Shown here: positions 1 through 5,416 of the stretch, one piece after another
Numbering within the stretch: position 1 is the first letter of the stretch
Layout: each line of letters begins with the position of its first letter
Origin: a virus
Lineage: Duplodnaviria; Heunggongvirae; Uroviricota; Caudoviricetes
Reading direction: 5' to 3' (one strand)
Length of the DNA: 5,416 bases
IMG/VR virus record: IMGVR_UViG_2698536485_000013
Made by a program: the position numbers and the translations under genes
Notes under the pieces: generated by a model
Databases searched by the model: none
What the model saw: the letters and a program-made list of their open reading frames with translations, nothing else
Told to the model about the DNA's origin: nothing

Positions 1-1
1 A

Positions 2-808
2 GTCTCCAGGATTTCCGGGGCGGTTCAACAATCAATTGCAAATTATATCAGCCCAATGGCCCAGCTATGGGAGTTAGCTTCATCACGTTACCACGATGCA
101 CCAGAAAGGGCGCTCTCCTCCTGGCGAGGGCATAGGCTTGATGTGGCACAAAGTAGAGAGAGCTATGAGGCATTTTCTAACAAAGAGCTATTGCAGGTGT
201 TGCAAGTATTTTCCGGTAATTCAGCAGAAAACAAAGAAATGATAGCTTTGTGTCTTATCGGTGCTTATACAGGTATGCGGATCAATGAGATAGCAAGTCT
301 CACAATAGACGATGTGAAAGAGATCGAAGGTGTGCTGTGTTTTGAAATCACACAGGGAAAAACGAAAGCTGCGGCACGTGTTGTGCCTGTGCATAGCCTT
401 ATCACTCCATTGGTGTTATCTCTTCGTGAAAAGCCTCACAATGGCTTTTTGTTCTATCACGCCAGCATTACAGAGCGTGCTGATGGTAAACGTTCCACGT
501 GGCACACGCAGAGATTTACAAGAGCTAAACGAAAGGCTTTAGGGGAAAAGGGAACAGAAAGGAAGGTGTTTCATTCTCTGAGACACGGAGTAGCACAGCT
601 TCTTGATCGAAATCAAATTCCAGAAGACAGGATCGCCCTTCTCCTGGGCCATACACGCGGCAATACAGAAACATTCCGCACATATAGCAAGAATGCAGCT
701 TCTCCAGTAGAGCTTAAAAAATATATTGAGCTTCTACGCTACCCTGAAATAGAGAAAGGCTTATCAATCAATAAAAAATCAAATTTAAGGCGTAAAACAA
801 CGCCATAG
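2..808 (+). CDS. int: Tyrosine-type site-specific recombinase (phage-type integrase), C-terminal catalytic portion; 5'-partial, the reading frame is open to the left window edge
   Basis: The translation carries the tyrosine-recombinase catalytic signature in the right order: box I Arg (AYTGMRINEI), a Lys-containing beta-turn (TQGKTKAAARVVPV), HxLRH (FHSLRHGVAQLL), LLGH, and a C-terminal Tyr (TETFRTYSK). The frame containing ATG 56 has no stop between position 2 and 56, and 250 aa is short for this family, so the N-terminal arm/core-binding region probably lies upstream of the window. Stop is TAG at 806-808. Confidence 0.88.
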   Translation, partial: VSRISGAVQQSIANYISPMAQLWELASSRYHDAPERALSSWRGHRLDVAQSRESYEAFSNKELLQVLQVFSGNSAENKEMIALCLIGAYTGMRINEIASLTIDDVKEIEGVLCFEITQGKTKAAARVVPVHSLITPLVLSLREKPHNGFLFYHASITERADGKRSTWHTQRFTRAKRKALGEKGTERKVFHSLRHGVAQLLDRNQIPEDRIALLLGHTRGNTETFRTYSKNAASPVELKKYIELLRYPEIEKGLSINKKSNLRRKTTP

Positions 809-815
809 ACGCAAT

Positions 816-855
816 AAAGAGGCTCCAACATAGATTGGTAGCCTCTTTTATAATT
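816..855. terminator. Putative bidirectional intrinsic terminator between convergent int and the minus-strand operon
   Basis: Seen in sequence: 816-824 AAAGAGGCT pairs with 840-848 AGCCTCTTT, and the inner 825-828 CCAA pairs with 835-838 TTGG (one bulged T at 839, 6-nt loop). On the + strand it is followed by TTTTATAATT; on the - strand the A-tract at the stem base supplies the U-run. It sits 8 nt after the int stop and about 40 nt after the 237-aa gene stop. Confidence 0.5.
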
Positions 856-889
856 ACATCGTTACAGAGCGTTTTAGAGGCGTTTACGG

Positions 890-1603
890 CTATTCCTGTT
901 TAAAGGCAGGAGTAATAGTGTCTTCACCTTCACTACTTGATTTTTCAGTGTTAACACGTTTTTTCATATTAGCCCCGATGTTCTTAGATGGCTGTGTTTT
1001 GATAGCTACAGTGTTCACAGTGCCATAAGAAACTAATCTTATTTGCTCAAAGCTAAGATCAAATACCAGGGATTCGCTTGCCTCTTCTGTGTATTCGATT
1101 CCTGTTAAAACAACGTTCTCAAAAGTTTTATTTTCTGTAACAAGAAGAAAAGGCTGTCTACTGTCCATAATCTGATTCAGGTAGTCGATAGCTAATGATC
1201 TTCTGTTCCCGTTCACCCCTGCACTCTTTAACAAGCCAGGATCGCTTTTAATCGGTGTTTCAGTGATCCTTCCTTTAAGAGAAAACTTATTGTTTTTAAT
1301 TTGAACGTGATCAGACACAGTAGCACCATTTTCTACGGGGTAGCTTGTAACATCTGCCGAACGTCTCACGTTCACATCGTCAACACTATCAAAGGCCAGT
1401 GCCATATAATTTTCATAAACATCATTGCCAGAAGATGCCAAGCCACTGGTAACAATAGCAAATCCGTTCTCTCCTTTTGTTTTATTGGCTTTGCTATTTT
1501 CGTTTTTTGTAGAGTTTATATCTTGTTCTGCTTTGTAAACAGCCTGAACGTGTTGTTCTGGAGTATTTGCTGCACGTATGGTTAAAATCCCGGCGGTCGC
1601 CAT
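890..1603 (-). CDS. Hypothetical protein, 237 aa, last gene of the minus-strand operon; function unknown
   Basis: ATG at 1603-1601, with AAGGAAA about 13 nt upstream on the minus strand. Long uninterrupted ORF; the start lies 34 nt downstream of the 609-aa gene stop, same strand. The protein is rich in Ser/Thr/Asn/Val with a Lys-rich N-terminus and acidic C-terminus. No catalytic motif recognised. Confidence 0.7.
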   Translation of the reverse strand: MATAGILTIRAANTPEQHVQAVYKAEQDINSTKNENSKANKTKGENGFAIVTSGLASSGNDVYENYMALAFDSVDDVNVRRSADVTSYPVENGATVSDHVQIKNNKFSLKGRITETPIKSDPGLLKSAGVNGNRRSLAIDYLNQIMDSRQPFLLVTENKTFENVVLTGIEYTEEASESLVFDLSFEQIRLVSYGTVNTVAIKTQPSKNIGANMKKRVNTEKSSSEGEDTITPAFKQE

Positions 1604-1637
1604 AATAATAATTTTCCTTGTAATGTTATGGCGGGAA

Positions 1638-3467
1638 TTACCCGCCGTTGGATTGTCCTGATAAGCTGGTTAATGTTAATGATTTCAAGAAGCTATCCCG
1701 ACTTGCTCTCGCTGTAAAATCCACATAATCGCTTAATCTTGATGTGTCTGAATTAATAGTAAGAGGAACCTCTGTTACCACTTCAAATGTAGGATTCAGA
1801 TTAAACACAGGAGATAAATTATAAGCCGGAGTTGTCATTGCAAGATTATTTAAAGCACCCTGTTTGAGATTGGTTATCGGTGCTTCGCTGACTGACATTT
1901 TTACATCTGACACAGAAGAATTATCATCGAAAAGCAATCCCTTAATCGTGTTAAAGAGAGAATGACTATTATCAGGTGTAGTTGTTGCAGTGCCAGCGCC
2001 TTTATATTGGTCAGGAACGAGATTAGAAAGATGCTGTTTCATCCCTTCATTGCTTAATGGCGGTGCATCACCTAAATTTTTCTGAATAGCATCTGTCTTA
2101 TCATCATTACGATTAAACCAGTTTACAATCTTCATAATAGCTTCAAAGAGACTTCCTACAGCTTCTCCCAGCTTCGTAAAATACGGAGTGAGATTAGAAA
2201 GGTTTTTCAAAAACTCTTCCGTTACTTTTGGATCGAGAGATTTCATAAAGCCGTCTACGAATGCTACTTGTCTTGCATCAGAAAGCTGTGAAAGCTGTCT
2301 GTTTAGTTCTCTGAATTTAACAATAGAGTCTTGCTGTGTTTCTGTTAGCCATTTTCCAGAGGCTTTTTGCTGATTAATACTTTCTTGTACATCTTTAACG
2401 GAACGTTGCCAATATTTTGACGTAAGCATCAAATCATCGCCCAGGTCTTCTAAACGTTGTCCAATTTGGGAGTCTGAAAACCCTTTTTTCATCATTCCAT
2501 TAACAGCCTTAGAAATTAATCCAGCCGGATTATCAGCAAATTTTTTAAGGTCGCTTTTGTTAATAACACCGATGTTTAGAAGTTCATTAATAGCATTATC
2601 ACCGCCTTTCCATTCAGATTTTCCGGTTTTCTTGTCTTTCACCAATTCAGCTTCACTGTAGGATTTTGCGGCACGTTCCCTAACATCTTTCATCTGATCC
2701 AGGTATTTCCTAGCCCCTTGATCACCCATCATAGAGTCAACGCCGTTTCTATAGGCCCATTCTGTAATGTTGTACATCTGGTTAACGTCTACACCGCCAA
2801 GCCTTGCACGTTGAATTAGCTCTCCTTGTGTCTCAGCATTGGCAAAACTATTAGCCATAAATTCACCGGTTTTACTAACCGCCATCACGCCAGCAGCAGC
2901 CGTAGCGCCTCCAAATAACAGAGCGCCCATAGTGGCGGAATTCCCTGATCCTCCCTTAACGGGGGCTAATTGAACTTTTCTGTTGCCATTAATCTTACGT
3001 TGTTGTTGTTGTAAGCGTTTCATCTGGCTATTCATACGTGCAAGCGAGATAGCCCCTTGCTCATATTGTTTCGCTATCTCTCTAGCCTGTGCAATAGCTT
3101 TGTATTGTTCCGCTACAGAGAGGCGGTGCATTGCACTGATAGAGCTTGACACATCAAGGAGCTTTAATTCTGCTTTCTCTTTACGTGCTGCTATTTGTTG
3201 CTGTTGCCTTGCCTGTGCTCTTGCTGCGGCAGCTTGTGCTCTTTGATTCTGTTTTTCTGTTTTGGCTTTCTGTTGAGCAATCTTATCTACTTCGCTTTGT
3301 GCTTTCTTATAGCCTTTAGTGACATTATCAAATCTTAATTTAGCTGGCTTGATGTTTTCTGCGAATTCCTTTAAGCCTGTAATAGAGTCTTTCGCTTTTT
3401 TCAAGCTGTCTTTATCTACACTAAATGTAACTGTGTTCTTAATTTTAGAAGTGTTAATTTCTAACAT
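1638..3467 (-). CDS. Hypothetical large protein, 609 aa: N-terminal Lys/Gln/Ala-rich predicted coiled coil, a Gly/Ala-rich hydrophobic segment, then a large C-terminal domain; function unknown
   Basis: ATG at 3467-3465 preceded by AAGGGGA about 8 nt upstream; stop TAA at 1640-1638. Residues ~55-165 (nt ~2970-3300) are heptad-like and charged (AQQKAKTEKQNQRAQAAAARAQARQQQQIAARKEKAELKLL, RLQQQQRKIN). Residues ~172-200 (nt ~2868-2954) read GGSGNSATMGALLFGGATAAAGVMAV. The start lies 18 nt downstream of the 66-aa gene stop. Confidence 0.8.
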   Translation of the reverse strand: MLEINTSKIKNTVTFSVDKDSLKKAKDSITGLKEFAENIKPAKLRFDNVTKGYKKAQSEVDKIAQQKAKTEKQNQRAQAAAARAQARQQQQIAARKEKAELKLLDVSSSISAMHRLSVAEQYKAIAQAREIAKQYEQGAISLARMNSQMKRLQQQQRKINGNRKVQLAPVKGGSGNSATMGALLFGGATAAAGVMAVSKTGEFMANSFANAETQGELIQRARLGGVDVNQMYNITEWAYRNGVDSMMGDQGARKYLDQMKDVRERAAKSYSEAELVKDKKTGKSEWKGGDNAINELLNIGVINKSDLKKFADNPAGLISKAVNGMMKKGFSDSQIGQRLEDLGDDLMLTSKYWQRSVKDVQESINQQKASGKWLTETQQDSIVKFRELNRQLSQLSDARQVAFVDGFMKSLDPKVTEEFLKNLSNLTPYFTKLGEAVGSLFEAIMKIVNWFNRNDDKTDAIQKNLGDAPPLSNEGMKQHLSNLVPDQYKGAGTATTTPDNSHSLFNTIKGLLFDDNSSVSDVKMSVSEAPITNLKQGALNNLAMTTPAYNLSPVFNLNPTFEVVTEVPLTINSDTSRLSDYVDFTARASRDSFLKSLTLTSLSGQSNGG

Positions 3468-3485
3468 TTAAAATCCCCTTATTAA

Positions 3486-3686
3486 TCATTTTTTACCACC
3501 TTCTTTGCTTAAGAAATGGTGTAGAGCCTGATCAATACTCTCGTTTAGTCTGAACATACGGGCTTTTACTCCTTCATATGGAACATCTAAGAGAGAACAT
3601 AGATATTTCAGATTTAACAAGCCTCTAGAATCATTAGCATCTAAATGTACGTGTACACCATTTTTTGATTTCAGAATCACTTCCAT
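3486..3686 (-). CDS. Small hypothetical protein, 66 aa, tightly linked upstream of the 609-aa gene
   Basis: ATG at 3686-3684 with GAGAGGTGA about 7 nt upstream on the minus strand; stop 18 nt before the 609-aa gene start. Confidence is lowered by the short length and lack of recognisable motifs. Confidence 0.55.
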   Translation of the reverse strand: MEVILKSKNGVHVHLDANDSRGLLNLKYLCSLLDVPYEGVKARMFRLNESIDQALHHFLSKEGGKK

Positions 3687-3710
3687 ATTTTAATCACCTC
3701 TCAAAATTTA

Positions 3711-3755
3711 AAAATAAATAAAAAAAGGCGAAGCGTGTTATTCACGCCACGCCTC
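3711..3755 (-). terminator. Putative intrinsic (rho-independent) terminator or attenuator on the minus strand, between the 342-aa gene and the 66-aa gene
   Basis: Seen in sequence, read on the minus strand: GC-rich interrupted hairpin (3726-3730 AGGCG with 3751-3755 CGCCT; 3733-3737 GCGTG with 3743-3747 CACGC; loop TTATT), immediately followed by a T-rich run (reverse complement of 3711-3725 = TTTTTTATTTATTTT). It begins 18 nt after the 342-aa gene stop. Confidence 0.55.
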
Positions 3756-3772
3756 TATTACACGTTAAAATA

Positions 3773-4801
3773 TTATTTAACAGTGATTTGAACGGAGAAG
3801 CCAACGCCGTGGTTTACAACCATCTGGCTATTCTCTGTAACAACGTTAACAGCATCACCACGAGAAGATTCATAGCTGTAGCTATACACCTCAGCAGGAG
3901 CGGCATTGATCAGTTCAAAGGTGCTGGAAGCAGCCCCGTAGATGTTCTGATATACATTAGAGCCTTTAGCAAACTTCGGAACCGCTACAGCGTCTGCGGT
4001 CATATGTGCAAGGTGTAGCGGATCTACCAGTTTAACAACATCAATGTTAGTTCCTGGAATAGTGAACGCTGTCACCCCCGGTAGCAGGTCACGACGCTGA
4101 TACACAACGTTCCCTTCTTCCAGTGGGCTTACATACTGGAATGCGTTTGCCATACCCGCAGAGAATCGAATTGCAGAGAAGGCTTCAGGTTTACAGAACA
4201 CAACAACACGCTCAATGGTTGCAGCCTGTTTTTGTGCCTTAGCAATCATATCCGTAGCAATCTGATCAAATTCTTTAAAAATCTTCGTGGTGTCAGTGCT
4301 GGAAGCGTTCACAGTGGCTTTCATAGCTGATACGTTAAACAGCTTGCCCCATTCGATAAGAACATCATCAGTTTTAGGCGTGTAAGTTTTACCGCTAAAC
4401 AGAGATGCAGCCAGCACGCTCTCTTTTGTACGCTGATACGCTACGTGGTGTTTAGCAACATAGTCAGCATAGATATCAGTGAGTGTTTCCTGAAAATCAG
4501 TGCCAGGCTTACGCTTGCCTTGAACATCAGAAGGACGGATCACATCTTCACGAAGAAAATACGGGATTTCAATAAGCCATTCTTTACCTTGTTCTCGCTT
4601 AGTAACGTTGTGTTCAGAAGAGAAACGAGAGGTTTCTTTGTTAAAGAGAGATTCGTTGCTTTCGACAAGCTGGGAAACAGCTACTTTATGAGAACTAACG
4701 CCCACCGGATCAGTGAAGTCGAGGGTAGAGAGCAGAAAGTTACGCGTGCTGTGTGTCTGGAAAAGCGGAGCTAAATCAACGTAATCATTACCTAGAATCA
4801 T
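3773..4801 (-). CDS. Hypothetical protein, 342 aa, second gene of the minus-strand operon; function unknown (structural versus enzymatic not resolvable from sequence)
   Basis: ATG at 4801-4799 preceded by AAAGGAA about 7 nt upstream; long clean ORF, with only a 15-nt gap to the upstream gene remnant. Followed by the terminator-like hairpin. C-terminal third is rich in beta-formers (Val/Tyr/Ser/Thr). Confidence 0.8.
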   Translation of the reverse strand: MILGNDYVDLAPLFQTHSTRNFLLSTLDFTDPVGVSSHKVAVSQLVESNESLFNKETSRFSSEHNVTKREQGKEWLIEIPYFLREDVIRPSDVQGKRKPGTDFQETLTDIYADYVAKHHVAYQRTKESVLAASLFSGKTYTPKTDDVLIEWGKLFNVSAMKATVNASSTDTTKIFKEFDQIATDMIAKAQKQAATIERVVVFCKPEAFSAIRFSAGMANAFQYVSPLEEGNVVYQRRDLLPGVTAFTIPGTNIDVVKLVDPLHLAHMTADAVAVPKFAKGSNVYQNIYGAASSTFELINAAPAEVYSYSYESSRGDAVNVVTENSQMVVNHGVGFSVQITVK

Positions 4802-4816
4802 TTATTATTCCTTTTA

Positions 4817-4998
4817 TTAAGAAGTGAAAACAGAATGGAACCCTTCAAGCTGAAAGCCTTTTTTAATTAATGCTGTTTTTGCTGCTTCACTTACAGCATT
4901 CAGGGCATCAGCTTTGATGCATACAAGCCCAGCATTGCTACGTAGCACATCTACAGGCTTGTTTTCCCCAGCCGTTACAAATTCACTCAGAACAACAT
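4817..4998 (-). pseudogene. 3' remnant (~59 codons) of the operon's 5'-proximal gene, interrupted by the IS3 insertion
   Basis: The minus-strand frame is open from the IS3 junction (4999) down to TAA at 4819-4817 and continues into IS3 sequence. The only start in the ORF track (5014) lies inside the IS3 terminal repeat, so it is fortuitous. Tight 15-nt spacing and an RBS for the next gene support a real, formerly longer gene. Confidence 0.5.
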
Positions 4999-5037
4999 TG
5001 ATCTTACCCAGCAATAGTGGACACGCGGCTAAGTGAG
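4999..5037 (+). repeat. IS3 left terminal inverted repeat (IRL), approximate extent
   Basis: Established knowledge: the IS3 terminal inverted repeats are about 39 bp and begin with 5'-TG. The exact inner boundary is not verifiable here because the right end is outside the window. Confidence 0.6.
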
Positions 5038-5063
5038 TAAACTCTCAGTCAGAGGTGACTCAC

Positions 5064-5363
5064 ATGACAAAAACAGTATCAACCAGTAAAAAACCCCGTA
5101 AACAGCATTCGCCTGAATTTCGCAGTGAAGCCCTGAAGCTTGCTGAACGCATCGGTGTTACTGCCGCAGCCCGTGAACTCAGCCTGTATGAATCACAGCG
5201 CTACAACTGGCGCAGTAAACAGCAAAATCAGCAGACGTCTTCTGAACGTGAACTGGAGATGTCTACCGAGATTGCACGTCTCAAACGCCAGCTGGCAGAA
5301 CGGGATGAAGAGCTGGCTATCCTCCAAAAGGCCGCGACATACTTCGCGAAGCGCCTGAAATGA
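5064..5363 (+). CDS. insE: IS3 transposase OrfA (helix-turn-helix DNA-binding and leucine-zipper component)
   Basis: The protein MTKTVSTSKKPRKQHSPEFRSEALKLAERIGVTAAARELSLYESQ...LKRQLAERDEELAILQKAATYFAKRLK matches IS3 OrfA as I recall it. ATG at 5064 has GAGGTGA 5 nt upstream. The ORF track's start at 5055 is an in-frame GTG and is probably not the real start. Stop TGA at 5361-5363. Confidence 0.9.
   Translation: MTKTVSTSKKPRKQHSPEFRSEALKLAERIGVTAAARELSLYESQRYNWRSKQQNQQTSSERELEMSTEIARLKRQLAERDEELAILQKAATYFAKRLK
5326..5363 (+). promoter_or_regulatory. Probable programmed -1 ribosomal frameshift region of IS3 (A-AAG slippery motif near the orfA 3' end, upstream of the orfA/orfB overlap)
   Basis: Seen in sequence: CAA AAG at 5325-5330 in the orfA frame, followed by GC-rich sequence and the ATGA overlap. 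Established knowledge: IS3-family elements make the OrfAB transposase by -1 frameshifting. The exact slip site is assigned from memory and is not verified. Confidence 0.4.
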
Positions 5364-5416
5364 AGTATGTCTTTATTGAAAAACATCAAGCTGAGTTCAG
5401 CATCAAAGCAATGTGC
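5360..5416 (+). CDS. insF: IS3 transposase OrfB (DDE catalytic component), first 19 codons only; 3'-partial at the window edge
   Basis: ATG at 5360-5362 overlaps the orfA stop (ATGA) in the -1 frame and encodes MKYVFIEKHQAEFSIKAMC, the recognisable N-terminus of IS3 OrfB. Confidence 0.85.
   Translation, partial: MKYVFIEKHQAEFSIKAMC

Larger units (their letters stand above)
4999..5416 (+). mobile_element. IS3-family insertion sequence (IS3-like), left end and first ~418 bp; continues beyond the right window edge
   Basis: The terminal sequence TGATCTTACCCAGCAATAGTGGACACGCGGCTAAG starts at 4999 and matches my recollection of the IS3 left inverted repeat (5'-TG end typical of the family). It is followed by orfA and the overlapping, -1 frame orfB start, which is the canonical IS3 organisation. 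G+C here is visibly higher than in the adjacent operon. Confidence 0.9.

Noticed and set aside
330-542. 70-aa + strand ORF in an alternative frame within the integrase
   Set aside because: Out-of-frame overlap with an integrase frame that carries the full catalytic motif set; spurious.
1301-1585. 94-aa + strand ORF inside the 237-aa gene
   Set aside because: Fully embedded antisense ORF with a hydrophobic, low-complexity translation and no convincing RBS; the opposite-strand gene has the better coding features.
2188-2373. 61-aa + strand ORF inside the 609-aa gene
   Set aside because: Short antisense ORF embedded in a much longer, well-supported minus-strand gene.
2983-3246. 87-aa Cys-rich ORF on the + strand (CCCCKRF..., AAICCCCLACALAAAACAL)
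   Set aside because: It is the antisense reading of the Gln/Ala-rich coiled-coil segment of the 609-aa gene (GCN and CAG codons read as Cys and Ala on the opposite strand). It is wholly embedded, low-complexity and has no RBS, so I treat it as an artefact.
4388-4411. P-loop-like AASLFSGKT in the 342-aa protein
   Set aside because: Only the minimal [AG]-x4-G-K-[ST] pattern is matched, which occurs by chance often; there is no preceding hydrophobic strand with a Gly-rich loop and no identifiable Walker B. Not enough to call an NTPase.
3788-4774. Two + strand ORFs (76 aa at 3788..4018 and 109 aa at 4445..4774) inside the 342-aa gene
   Set aside because: Both are embedded antisense to the 342-aa gene, short, and without recognisable motifs or start context.
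5012-5014. TTG start at 5014 for the 65-aa minus-strand ORF
   Set aside because: This codon lies inside the IS3 terminal repeat, so the start is created by the insertion. The native part is a 3' gene fragment, annotated as a pseudogene remnant.
5055-5063. GTG at 5055 as the orfA start (the ORF track's MTHM... N-terminus)
   Set aside because: The GTG lies inside the Shine-Dalgarno sequence (GAGGTGA). The ATG at 5064, with 5-nt spacing from that SD, gives the MTKTVS... N-terminus I associate with IS3 OrfA.
5140-5358. 72-aa alternative-frame ORF within IS3 orfA
   Set aside because: This frame is not the known IS3 coding frame; orfA and orfB account for the coding capacity here.
1-5416. CRISPR arrays, tRNA or rRNA genes
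   Set aside because: I found no regularly spaced direct repeats, no tRNA-like cloverleaf candidates and no rRNA-like conserved stretches on reading both strands; these were looked for and not found.

Overview
This window looks like the edge of a horizontally acquired integrative element (prophage or genomic island) in an enterobacterial-type genome. It holds three things: (1) 2..808 (+) is the catalytic C-terminal part of a tyrosine integrase, with its 5' end off the left edge; (2) 890..4801 (-) is a compact four-gene operon (342 aa, 66 aa, 609 aa, 237 aa) that converges on the integrase, has no catalytic motif I can recognise and is AT-rich compared with the IS3 segment; (3) 4999..5416 is the left end of an IS3-family insertion sequence (orfA complete, first 19 codons of orfB), inserted into the 5'-proximal gene of the operon and leaving only a ~59-codon 3' remnant (4817..4998). 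Two intrinsic-terminator-like hairpins are visible: one between the convergent integrase and operon, one inside the operon just after the 342-aa gene. The minus-strand operon is the candidate for an undescribed system, but I cannot assign it a function from sequence alone. Whether it is a structural module, a defence system or something else is open, and no homology search was possible.
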